From NCBI GenBank assembly GCA_902825905.1, contig CADECO010000002.1:1-58576 (forward strand): a stretch of DNA of 58,576 nucleotides, in the 5' to 3' direction. Positions 33,604 through 42,147 of the stretch are shown here, one piece after another; the first letter of the stretch is position 1; each line of letters begins with the position of its first letter. The position numbers were made by a program, and so were the translations under genes. The notes under the pieces are model-generated. The model searched no databases and was not told where the DNA came from. It saw only the letters and a program-made list of their open reading frames with translations. The DNA is from an uncultured beta proteobacterium (GTDB lineage: Bacteria > Pseudomonadota > Gammaproteobacteria > Burkholderiales > SG8-39).

Positions 33604-34407
33604 ATGGATCGCACTCGTCAACGCGGCATGGTGTTCCTGATCCTGGTGAGCGCGCTCGCGGTGGTTGCGTTCACCTTCGTCATGGGCGCGTCCAGCTTGC
33701 AGGCGCAACACGCGGCCAATCAGGCACAGACCGATCGTGCGGACTTTCTGCGCGAGGCGGCGAACGCGCTTGCCCTCTGGTACGCCGCGCACCAGGCCAC
33801 GCTCGATGCGGCGGTGGCGCCGCCGAATCCGGAAGAGGTGCTGCAAGGAGCGGGCATCACGCCGCGCTACGGCCTTGCGATCTCAGTGAGTAACCGTGTG
33901 ACGCAAGACGAAGTTGCATTCCGCGTGTTCGCGCTGTGGCTGCCGGCCGCATCGCCCGATCCCTCGCGCTTCGATCCCTCCAGCGGTGCGTTCGTGCCCG
34001 GACCCGGCGTGCCCTTCACGGTGGTCTCCGGCGCGGACATCCAGGCGCGCGCGGTGGCCGATACGCGCCACACCATGTCCCGCTTGGCCGCCCAACTCGA
34101 AAACTATTTCGCCGCGCGCACCCTCGCAAGTGGCGGCGATGTCAGTGCAAACCACTTTCGGCCAAGTAACGGTTGCGCGCGGGAGGAGGGCGCGATGCCC
34201 TGTCTCGATGCGTACACCGCGGCAACAACGGTCGATTGGCTCGAAGCCGGCGTCGGTGCGGTGCAAGCGATCGATGCTTGGGGCGGGACGCTCGAGCTGA
34301 GCAATCTCGCTGATGCGAGCACCGAGATCCCACCGTACTCGATGGCGATCCGCGCGAGAACGCCGTGGGGCGCGGTGTTGCACGCGCAAGCGGTGCAGCG
34401 CTTCTAG
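33604..34407 (+). CDS. Pseudopilin/PilX-like minor component (no conserved Glu5)
   Basis: The N-terminus MDRTRQRGMVFLILVSALAVVAFTFVMG resembles PilX_N-type anchors (QRGMVL...). Confidence 0.5.
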   Translation: MDRTRQRGMVFLILVSALAVVAFTFVMGASSLQAQHAANQAQTDRADFLREAANALALWYAAHQATLDAAVAPPNPEEVLQGAGITPRYGLAISVSNRVTQDEVAFRVFALWLPAASPDPSRFDPSSGAFVPGPGVPFTVVSGADIQARAVADTRHTMSRLAAQLENYFAARTLASGGDVSANHFRPSNGCAREEGAMPCLDAYTAATTVDWLEAGVGAVQAIDAWGGTLELSNLADASTEIPPYSMAIRARTPWGAVLHAQAVQRF

Positions 34408-34418
34408 GGAGTCCGACC

Positions 34419-35372
34419 ATGCGATGCCTGCATCCCAATCGCCAGCGCGGGGTGAGCGCGTTGGAGGTCATCGTCGCGGTCTTGGTGGTGGGCTTGCTTT
34501 CGGCCGCAGTGATGGGCTCGTACGGTGCTTACCTCGACCAGAGCCAGAAGGAAGAGACGCGCACGCGCCTGCGACAACTAAAGCTCGCGATCACCGAGGC
34601 GTATCGGCGCGAGGTGCTGACCGTGAGCCCAGGCAGTGGCAACGCGGTTGTGTTCGGCGGTGTCACCCTCGCCAACGGCACGGCGGCGACGGGCGCGCTG
34701 TTACAGCCGTTCGCGACCTATTCGTCGGTGAACGCCTCACAGCTCGCGCACGACGGCTTCAATCAGCCGGTACGCGTGTTCGTGTCGAACGAATTGACTC
34801 AGACCGTGAGTGGGGTGACGTTGCGCTACCGCGTGATCGGCCTGGTGGCTGCCTCGCGCAATGGCACGGTCGAGTCCACATTCAACGCTACCAACGGCAC
34901 GCTCGCAGTAGCCGAGGACGACGTGGCCGAGGTGATCAACGGCTACCCGATCGTGCGTGAGGTGCTCGACGATACGGCCAAACGCGTCGAGCGCTTGGCG
35001 AACGCCTATCAAAGCTACTTCCAGATCCGGTACCTCGCCAATCCGGCCCGCTCGATCGCGATCGATTACTTTGCCAACAGCGATCCGAGCGGTAGTGCAT
35101 CGCCGAGTTGGGATGAGAGCGGAACCGTTCAGACCTCCGGTGGTGCGCCCGCCGATGCCACGACCGTGGGCCTCCTCGCCGCACTCGGACTTGCACCGGC
35201 CGATGTCACCACCGCAGCCGGTCCGATTCAGATCGATAACTCCTCGACCGACGTCAATCACCCGAATCACCCAACGCCCGCGCGCAGCTTGCCGCCCTAC
35301 ACCGCGCGGGTGATCGCGCCGTTGCCGGGCGGCGAACAGCTCGTGCGCACCGTCTCCGGGTCCTACCACTGA
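34419..35372 (+). CDS. Prepilin-type minor pilin (PilV-like adhesin candidate)
   Basis: An ATG at 34419 gives MRCLHPNRQRG|VSALEVIVAVLVVGLLSAAVMG, a class III signal with Glu5. Confidence 0.65.
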   Translation: MRCLHPNRQRGVSALEVIVAVLVVGLLSAAVMGSYGAYLDQSQKEETRTRLRQLKLAITEAYRREVLTVSPGSGNAVVFGGVTLANGTAATGALLQPFATYSSVNASQLAHDGFNQPVRVFVSNELTQTVSGVTLRYRVIGLVAASRNGTVESTFNATNGTLAVAEDDVAEVINGYPIVREVLDDTAKRVERLANAYQSYFQIRYLANPARSIAIDYFANSDPSGSASPSWDESGTVQTSGGAPADATTVGLLAALGLAPADVTTAAGPIQIDNSSTDVNHPNHPTPARSLPPYTARVIAPLPGGEQLVRTVSGSYH

Positions 35373-35384
35373 ACGGGAGATCTC

Positions 35385-36371
35385 ATGCCTTCCATACCGA
35401 CTCGCCGTGTTCTACTCGTCGCGCTTGCCGCCATCGGTGTAAGCGCGACCGCGCAGCAGACCGAACGCGGCACACCCCCTGCGGGGCCATCGGGAAATAC
35501 GCCCGAGGCGAGCCTGCGCGTCAAACAAGAAGAGGCCGCCCCGCGCGCGGTGCCAGACAGCGCCACGATGCTCCGCCAGGTGGCGAACGATGCGAAGGCG
35601 ATGGTGCTCACGCCGGCGGACCAGATCAATCCGTTCACCGGCAACCCGGCCGCGTTCGAAGAGGGCGCGCGCGAGCTCAAGCTCCAGCAGCAGCGCACGC
35701 GCATCCTCGAGCAGCGCCTGCAGCAAGCGCGCGCGTTGTCCGAGATCGGCAAGCTCTCGGTCGAGCCGAGCGTGCCGTCTCCGGGCGGATTCATTGCGCA
35801 CGCTCCAGCGATCACGCCTGGGGCGGGGTTCTTCGCATCGGTGGGTATTCACGGTCCCAGCAGTGCGATCGCTCCGAGCGCACCACACGGCGCGACCGCG
35901 CAATCGCCATCGAGTGCACCGAGCACACGTCCGATCCGCAAACCTGCTGCCAGGCCTGCCGCGCCACCCCCCGCCGCGTCCGTGCCAGCCGCACCCGTTA
36001 CGCCGTCGCTGGTGGGCATCGCGACGATCGACGGCAAGCGCTACGCCATCTTCGAACGCGACGGGCGCCCGAGCATCGTGCCGGAAAACGGGCGAGGCGA
36101 GGGGGTCGAAGTCGGACGCATTCGCGGCAGCGAGGTCCAGGTCAATGGCCAGTCGCGCCAGTTGCGAGTTGGGGAACAAGAAGTGCAGATCGGCCCCGTA
36201 CAAGTCGAGCCGCCGGTGCAACGTCCCACCAGTTCGGCGGGGGCGATACCCGGCGCAAGTGACCCGGTGCTCGACATGCAAGCGCTCCGTCTACCTGCGG
36301 TGCCAGCGCGGCCGTTGAGTGGGCCGCAAGCCTTTGCGCCGGGCGCGGCAACGCTCGGCGTAGCGCGTTAG
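35385..36371 (+). CDS. Secreted Pro/Ala-rich protein with PilP/GspC-HR-like C-terminal beta domain
   Basis: Signal peptide MPSIPTRRVLLVALAAIGVSATAQQ. The C-terminal SLVGIATIDGKRYAIFERDGRPSIV.ENGRGEGVEVGRIRGSEVQVNG resembles the LVGI...G...A......G....V..GD.....V..I pattern of PilP/GspC secretin-interacting domains. Confidence 0.45.
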   Translation: MPSIPTRRVLLVALAAIGVSATAQQTERGTPPAGPSGNTPEASLRVKQEEAAPRAVPDSATMLRQVANDAKAMVLTPADQINPFTGNPAAFEEGARELKLQQQRTRILEQRLQQARALSEIGKLSVEPSVPSPGGFIAHAPAITPGAGFFASVGIHGPSSAIAPSAPHGATAQSPSSAPSTRPIRKPAARPAAPPPAASVPAAPVTPSLVGIATIDGKRYAIFERDGRPSIVPENGRGEGVEVGRIRGSEVQVNGQSRQLRVGEQEVQIGPVQVEPPVQRPTSSAGAIPGASDPVLDMQALRLPAVPARPLSGPQAFAPGAATLGVAR

Positions 36372-36406
36372 CACGCGCCGGTTTCAAGCGCGTTGATAGA
36401 TAACCG

Positions 36407-38239
36407 ATGCCGATCAGACACCAGCGGCTACGACGGTTGTTCGGCGCGATTGTGCTATTCACCATCATCAACATCGCGAGCGCGGCCGACCAAGTGCTGG
36501 TCGTCACGCAAACGATCACCGGCCCGCGCGAAGGGTTGGTCTCGACCTTAGTTGCGCGGGTGAGCTCGGTGCTGCCGACCCGGCGCGAAGTCACGCTCGC
36601 CATGGATGGCCGGCCGCTTGCCGACGGCGCCGGAATCACACCGCTTGGCGCGCGCGACTACGGAACGTGGCTCACCAGCGGACAGCTGCTCTCGGACGCT
36701 AAAACCCACCTATCTACTTCAGCGCCGGCATTCGCCGCCTCGATTCGTCGTGCCATGCAGGCCAGCGGTGTTGGCACTGCGCACTTCAGCCTGATGCAGC
36801 GTGTCGCGGTCGCCGGCACCGCCACACCGCAATTCCTCGTGTGGTCGATGGTGGTGTATCGGAGCGAGCGGCCGGTGTTCGGCGATCCGCGCTTGGTCCC
36901 ATCGATCGAGACGACCTTGCATGTCGTGCATACACCGGTGCGCGTGGCGGCGGGGTTGCCGGTGGGTTGGGCTTATCCGGACGCCGGCACCTTGCAATGG
37001 CGCATCCTCGATCGGCAGGGCGCGCCGCTCACCGGTTGGTCGAGCATCACCATCGGCAACACCTACGACGAGCCGGATGCGAGCAGCGGCGCAGTCGATC
37101 CGGATCACGGGCTCAAGTGCTTGCTCGGGTCGAACGCCAGCACAGCCTGCTCACGCGGGGTGGCTAACGTGGCGAGCTTGATGAATCAAACCGGGCATAC
37201 GCGCGCGATCGTCGACTATCGACGCACCTTGCAGCCGGCCTATGACCAGATCGAGTCGCCGCCGGGTAGCCGTCGCTTCGAACAAGTGGCAAGGGTCGCT
37301 GTTGCGGTGAGCCGTCGCGAGCTGGCGCCGAGTAGCTGCGGCGCGGGTGAATATCGCAACGAAGGTGCCTACGGGTTCGAGCTTGCAGAGCAAGTCGAGC
37401 GCTATGCAGCGCAGATCGACGGCTCGTACTCGCTGATCGATCGCACCGCGCATCGATCGGTATCACCCAGCGTTCCGTTCAAGGTGGCCAAGCAGTTGAA
37501 CGAGGACGCCACTGCGGCACAACTGGCTGACAAGTTGATCGATCCTGCCAATCCTGGCGGTGCGCTGATTGCCGCCAGCAGCGTTCGCGGACTAGTGGGG
37601 CTCGCACCGATCACCACCACCAAGGAAGGCGCGAGTGCGGCGGAAAGCTTCGTCATCGGCGACATCTTCCACGGCGCATGCGGGCGCGCGGTGCAACTGG
37701 CTGCTCGGTGCGGTGCCACCGGCCAGATCGAATTGAGTCTCGGCATGAATCACGCGGTGCCCGGATGCAGCCCGCGCTCGATGAGCTTTAGCGAGCGTGC
37801 CGCGTTCACGCTCAAGCGTGGCGTCCCGGTTCGCAATCAGGTTGCCGCGTTCGAAGGCATGGGATCGGTGCCGTGGAGCTACGACGGTGATCGATCGGTG
37901 ATCTTCCATGCGGTGCCGGTGGCAACGGACGCGGGGACGACCCTTGCGCCATCGGTGTTTGCGGCGCAGTTGTTCGCGCCGAATGTGGGTTATTACGTGA
38001 GGGAGAATTTCCCCAACGGAGGACCGCTCGATTTCTATCTCGAGCACGCCGGTTGCCCGAGCGGACAGATCGCGGGCTCGATGCTGAGGTTGGACCCATC
38101 GCAGTGCTACATGCCGGACGCAAGCGGCACGATGACCGGCTGCCAATTCATGCCGGGCGGCGATGGTGGATCGTTCGAGTCGTGTCAGCGGTATCGCGCA
38201 ACGGGCCCTATCGCTCGCTTGGTTCAGAGTCTCCGATGA
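36407..38239 (+). CDS. Large secreted protein of unknown function
   Basis: Signal peptide MPIRHQRLRRLFGAIVLFTIINIASAADQ. 610 aa with several Cys. I recognise no family. Confidence 0.55.
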   Translation: MPIRHQRLRRLFGAIVLFTIINIASAADQVLVVTQTITGPREGLVSTLVARVSSVLPTRREVTLAMDGRPLADGAGITPLGARDYGTWLTSGQLLSDAKTHLSTSAPAFAASIRRAMQASGVGTAHFSLMQRVAVAGTATPQFLVWSMVVYRSERPVFGDPRLVPSIETTLHVVHTPVRVAAGLPVGWAYPDAGTLQWRILDRQGAPLTGWSSITIGNTYDEPDASSGAVDPDHGLKCLLGSNASTACSRGVANVASLMNQTGHTRAIVDYRRTLQPAYDQIESPPGSRRFEQVARVAVAVSRRELAPSSCGAGEYRNEGAYGFELAEQVERYAAQIDGSYSLIDRTAHRSVSPSVPFKVAKQLNEDATAAQLADKLIDPANPGGALIAASSVRGLVGLAPITTTKEGASAAESFVIGDIFHGACGRAVQLAARCGATGQIELSLGMNHAVPGCSPRSMSFSERAAFTLKRGVPVRNQVAAFEGMGSVPWSYDGDRSVIFHAVPVATDAGTTLAPSVFAAQLFAPNVGYYVRENFPNGGPLDFYLEHAGCPSGQIAGSMLRLDPSQCYMPDASGTMTGCQFMPGGDGGSFESCQRYRATGPIARLVQSLR

Positions 38240-39690
38240 GACGGCCGCCAAGCCTCCGAAGTGTTGTCGACTTGAAGAGCACGCTCGTCGCGATGGCACT
38301 CGCGCTGATGGTATTGACATCGATGACGATCGAGGCCGCGCCGGGTCAGTTCAATCCGCGCTGGGTACCGGTACGCGTGCCGGCGGGCGCGGTGGTCGAT
38401 GTCCCGACCGAGAACTGGACCAACATTGCGTCGATGGCCAACACGGGTGGCGGCATGCCCGATATTCGCCTCCTGCAGGGCCAGCGGTGGATCGTGTTCG
38501 GCCGCGACGAGATCGGCATGCTCGGCCTGGAATCGGTGCAGATGAGCGCGGCGATCAAGCAACTCGCCGCTCCCGTGGTGCAGGTGCTCGCGCATTACTC
38601 GGCGGAGAACGCACGGCTTCGCATTCATCTCGTCCGCTTGGAGCGCCGACCCGATGGACGCGTGTATCTCTCCACGGGAGATTTCACGCCACATCACGGC
38701 GAGCTTTATCGCGCGTACCGGCAGTTCCTTACTCCAGCTGAGCGCGCGGCGGGGCGCGAAGGCTACAACCCGTTTCGCCGCTTCCGCGGCGCCAACGATG
38801 ATCCGGTCTTCTACAACATTGCCCCGGACGCAGCGCTGGTGGCGATCGGGCACGCCATGCGAATCCATCGCGCCGCCACGGCGTGGCTCGCCATGGCGCA
38901 GCAGCGGTTCGATGTGCGCACCGAATCACGGGGCAATCTGTTTCGCCGGACGGTGACCACCATCGTAGAGGGCTACGTGCGCCCGCGCTGGTTTCTGGTT
39001 GCGCCGGTGCAGGTTTCCCCTGAAGGCGGCCTGTCGGCACAGATCTGCGTCGATCCGTCGCACGTCGTGCGCAACCCCGCGAACGGCGCCACCACGTGTG
39101 ATGCCGCGGAGCATGTTGCGCATGCTGGTGTCGTCGCATCCGAATGGACGGGCGGCAATCTGCCTGAAGCGGAGCAGATGCTCGATCGCTGGGAGCAGAC
39201 CGATCGGGGGTTCACCGTATTCACCTACGCGCTGGCCGCCTCAGGCCTTCTCAATGCGTCGGCAACCAACAGCTACGCGCTGATTAATACGGTGTTCGGA
39301 TCGGGCGGATCGCTCACGCAGGCACAGGACGGGTTTCTGGGCTCTACGGGCGATGGCCACCTGAGCGCGAGCGCGCCAGCGAGTGAACAGCAGCGGACGA
39401 TGAATCGACGTGTGGCCGAACAACACATCACGCCGACACCCGATGGCGGGCTGGCGCAGACGCGCCGGCTTTACACCGGCAATTGTGTGCGCTCTGCGTC
39501 GGGCGCTGCATGTATCGCAGCGGGTCAGGACCCCGGGATGGTGAGCCGCGTCGATGGCTACGCCGAACGGAGCACGTCGCCCGAGATCGCCGTGCGCTAT
39601 CTCGCCTGTCGGGCAGCAGGCTGGCGGGGCGGGGCGTTGCAGCAGTGTGCTGCGCGATGGCGATCGCGAGTGGTCGGGGCGGCGCAGTGA
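38236..39690 (+). CDS. Secreted protein of unknown function
   Basis: I chose the ATG at 38236, which overlaps the upstream stop (ATGA). Signal MRRPPSLRSVVDLKSTLVAMALALMVLTSMTIEAAP. I recognise no family. Confidence 0.55.
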   Translation: MRRPPSLRSVVDLKSTLVAMALALMVLTSMTIEAAPGQFNPRWVPVRVPAGAVVDVPTENWTNIASMANTGGGMPDIRLLQGQRWIVFGRDEIGMLGLESVQMSAAIKQLAAPVVQVLAHYSAENARLRIHLVRLERRPDGRVYLSTGDFTPHHGELYRAYRQFLTPAERAAGREGYNPFRRFRGANDDPVFYNIAPDAALVAIGHAMRIHRAATAWLAMAQQRFDVRTESRGNLFRRTVTTIVEGYVRPRWFLVAPVQVSPEGGLSAQICVDPSHVVRNPANGATTCDAAEHVAHAGVVASEWTGGNLPEAEQMLDRWEQTDRGFTVFTYALAASGLLNASATNSYALINTVFGSGGSLTQAQDGFLGSTGDGHLSASAPASEQQRTMNRRVAEQHITPTPDGGLAQTRRLYTGNCVRSASGAACIAAGQDPGMVSRVDGYAERSTSPEIAVRYLACRAAGWRGGALQQCAARWRSRVVGAAQ

Positions 39691-39884
39691 CAGTCGCGAC
39701 CCACTAGGCTAGGGAGCGAAGGCTCGTAGACGCGCCCTGGCGAGTCCCGGGCGTCCTTGCGGCTGAGGACGGTTCCCGGTCGCCTCAGCAACGGATTATG
39801 ACGTGACGACATCCAGACGGCGGCCAGAACCGGTTGCGTCCATGATACTGTACAAATATCAGGGAGGAAGGGTGCCGATCGACC

Positions 39885-40362
39885 ATGGCCCAAGCGCTGC
39901 CGCGCGCACCGGTGCCGAACGCCGTTCACTACGAGCGCCGCCGCCCCGAGCAGACCATCCTGTATCAGCTGGTGCAAGAGCACCTGGAGAGCTTCCTCGC
40001 GCAGGTCGAGACGAGCACCGGGGCACCCCTGCCGCAGTTCGTCAAGGACGAGTTCGACGCGTACCTGAAGTGCGGCATCCTCGCGCACGGCTTTCTGCGG
40101 TTGCGCTGTGCCACGTGTGCTCATGAGAAGCTGGTGGCGTTCTCGTGTAAGCGGGGCGGCGCATGGCGCAGACCGCCGCCCACTCCCTGAAGATCATTGC
40201 CTGTTCTGAGCTTCGTCGAAGGGCTGCGATCGAGGATCCGGCAGCGATTGTTGCCATCCTCACGCATCTGAACCTGCCCAAGACGGGGACGGGGCCCTGT
40301 ATTCCCTTCCTACGCGCCCCGCCACGATCCCCGGCGCGGAACCTGCCACTGTTCCAGGCGGC
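39885..40362 (+). mobile_element. IS91-family transposase remnant with large internal deletion (fragment 1)
   Basis: N-terminal Zn-binding domain: ILYQLVQEHLESFLAQVE....PLPQFVKDEFDAYLKCGILAHGFLRLRCATCAHEKLVAFSCK. After a frameshift, ARRMAQTAAH is joined directly to the C-terminal LKIIA[CSELRRRA]AIEDPAAIVAILTHLNLP...LFQAA. A 24-nt in-frame insert lies at 40201-40224. Confidence 0.7.
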
Positions 40363-40678
40363 GCGGAAATCGCGCTCTGCGCAGTCGATCCCAATCGGTT
40401 CGAGCGCTCGGCCCAGGGTCAGGCTCGACTCAAGTCCGGTCCGCTCAGGCAATTCGCGGCTGATTCGTACCGCTCTGTTCGCCCAATTCGTTCCTTAGCG
40501 CCTGCGTACCCGCCGATCGCTCTGCTCAAGGCACATCACCCCGGGCGTGCACGCGCCAATTGACCCCACGGCGCTCCGCATCTACGGGACTGACTCGAGG
40601 GAAACGGCGTTTGGAATTCCTATGCTCACCGGCTACCCGCAATCGGTAGTGGGGCCCCGACATCCGGGCGAGCGGATC

Positions 40679-40722
40679 AGGAAAAGGAAAAGGAAAAGAA
40701 ACGGCCACCTGCAAGGTGGCCG
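40679..40722 (-). terminator. Rho-independent terminator (minus strand) of peptide gene 1
   Basis: Perfect 9-bp stem CGGCCACCT-tgc-AGGTGGCCG followed on the minus strand by TTTCTTTTCCTTTTCCTTTTCC. Confidence 0.7.
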
Positions 40723-40855
40723 CGCAAGCAAGGGAGGAGAAAAATGGAGAAGACGAAAGCTGAGGAAATGATAGTTCGGCAATGCTTGATTTCGGTTCAG
40801 GCGACTGCCCGCCAGACGACTCGCGCTGCGGAGCAACCGCCCGATCGGGACTTTA

Positions 40856-40981
40856 CTACGGGTTGTATTTGGTCAGAAATTCGTACGCGTCGCGCTGGTT
40901 CGATTGCGTGTCAGCGTTTTGGGCGAAAGCGACGTTCGACAGGGCGAAGGTGGACAGCACGATGGCGATGATGCGTTTCAT
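40856..40981 (-). CDS. 41-aa secreted peptide precursor (copy 1)
   Basis: The internal ATG of track ORF 40856..41092 follows AGGAG at 6-nt spacing. Product MKRIIAIVLSTFALSNVAFA|QNADTQSNQRDAYEFLTKYNP: a Sec-type signal with an AFA cleavage site and a 21-aa polar mature part. A second copy is conserved. Confidence 0.5.
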   Translation of the reverse strand: MKRIIAIVLSTFALSNVAFAQNADTQSNQRDAYEFLTKYNP

Positions 40982-41323
40982 TTGCGGCTCCTGGGTGAAG
41001 ATACGAAGGTTGGTTTGTGTTGCGCTGAGCTTGCGGGGTTGCCGTTTGCTGCGCTCACGTTCATAAGTCGAACGAACCTGCCAAACCTTCACTTTCTCGG
41101 TATTCGTCCCGAGCCCGCTGCGAGAACTACGGAGCCGGACCCGCGATCAGACTCCGATCCGGCGCCTTAGGCTGATCGGGCGTGCTTGCCCACCCCACCA
41201 ACCGTGCGCTCTCAGGAATTTCTTGCCGACCTCGACTGGCTCGGACTCCAGTGACGTGGCGCAGGTCTACGCGATCGGATACCCGCATCCGTAGTGGCGC
41301 CCCGACGCCGGGCGCGCGGTTCA

Positions 41324-41360
41324 GAAAAAACAAGAGAAACGGCCACCTGCAAGGTGGCCG
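41324..41360 (-). terminator. Rho-independent terminator (minus strand) of peptide gene 2
   Basis: The same 9-bp stem hairpin (41340-41360), followed on the minus strand by TTTCTCTTGTTTTTT. Confidence 0.7.
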
Positions 41361-41493
41361 CTCAAATAAAGGAGGAGAGAAATGCAGAGGACGAAAGCTG
41401 AGAAAGCGATAGTTCGGTGAGGCTTGATCTCGGTTCAGGCGACTGCCCGCCAGACGACTCGCGCTGCGGAGCAACGGCCCGATCAAGACATGA

Positions 41494-41622
41494 TTACAGC
41501 GGGCTGTACTTGGTCAGAACTTCGTACGCGTCGCGCTGGTTCGATTGCGTGTCAGCGTTTTGCGCGAAAGCGACGTTCGACAGGGCGAAGGTGGACAGCA
41601 CGATGGCGATGATGCGTTTCAT
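41494..41622 (-). CDS. 42-aa secreted peptide precursor (copy 2)
   Basis: Own translation: MKRIIAIVLSTFALSNVAFA|QNADTQSNQRDAYEVLTKYSPL, with the same SD. It differs from copy 1 by two synonymous changes, F->V, N->S and one extra codon. At under 60 aa it is not in the ORF track. Confidence 0.5.
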   Translation of the reverse strand: MKRIIAIVLSTFALSNVAFAQNADTQSNQRDAYEVLTKYSPL

Positions 41623-42147
41623 TTGCGGCTCCTGGGTGAAGATACGAAGGTTGGTTTGTGTTGCGCTGAGCTTGCGGGGTTGCCGTTTGCTGCGCTCACG
41701 TTCGTTAGTCGCGGCCGAGGGTCAGTTTCGACTCAAGTCCGGTCCACTCAGGCAATTCGCGGCTGATTCGTACCGCTCTCGTCGGCCAATTCGTTCCTTA
41801 GCGCCTGCGCACCCGCCGATCGCTCTGCTCAAGGCACATCACCCCGGGCGTGCACGCGCCAATTGACCCCACGGCGCTCCGAATCTACGGGATTGACTCG
41901 AGGGAAATGGCGTTTGAAATTCATAGCGCGGCCGCTGGCCGCAACCAAATGGATTCCCTCACAATCGCACGGATCTTGGAATCGATCCGTGAGCGGTACC
42001 GAGAGGGAGGCGACCATGGAAGAGTTCGTCCGCAAGCACGAGGCGCACTACAGCCCGGAAGGCAATGGGGCACTTGCACGCTGTCTTGCGCCGCTGATCG
42101 TGCAGCTCCTGCCCGGGCTGGACAATTCGCGCGTCGAAACTCAGTGA

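Larger units (their letters stand above)
40405..41925. repeat. Tandem array of a ~645-bp module (2 units + partial third)
   Basis: Unit 1 is about 40405-41062, unit 2 about 41063-41705, and the partial unit 3 about 41706-41925. Segments 40790-41062 and 41427-41702 are near-identical by eye. Segments 40405-40625 and 41706-41925 are about 90% alike. 41063-41270 is a diverged, indel-rich version of the same leader. Confidence 0.75.

Noticed and set aside
39849-39864. LexA/SOS-box-like sequence CTGTACAAATATCAG upstream of the IS91 fragment
   Set aside because: The spacing is CTG-N9-CAG rather than the CTG-N10-CAG of the proteobacterial consensus. There is also no intact gene downstream.
40744-40971. 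+ strand ORF with a very good SD (GGGAGGAGAAAAATG) inside repeat unit 1
   Set aside because: The equivalent ORF in unit 2 (ATG at 41385) stops after 12 codons, so the frame is not conserved. The SD-like string lies in the 3' UTR of the minus-strand peptide gene, a few nucleotides upstream of its terminator hairpin.
40405-41925. Possible CRISPR array or retron-type ncRNA in the repeated region
   Set aside because: The repeat unit is about 645 bp, not 25-40 bp with unique spacers. No cas or reverse-transcriptase gene is nearby. I reclassified it as a tandem gene module.
42016-42147. 43-codon + strand ORF (MEEFVRKHEAHYSPEGNGALARCLAPLIVQLLPGLDNSRVETQ) with GGGAGG 6 nt upstream, convergent with the methyltransferase
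   Set aside because: The start context is plausible, but the ORF is short, has no second copy and has no recognisable family. I left it uncalled pending conservation or expression evidence.
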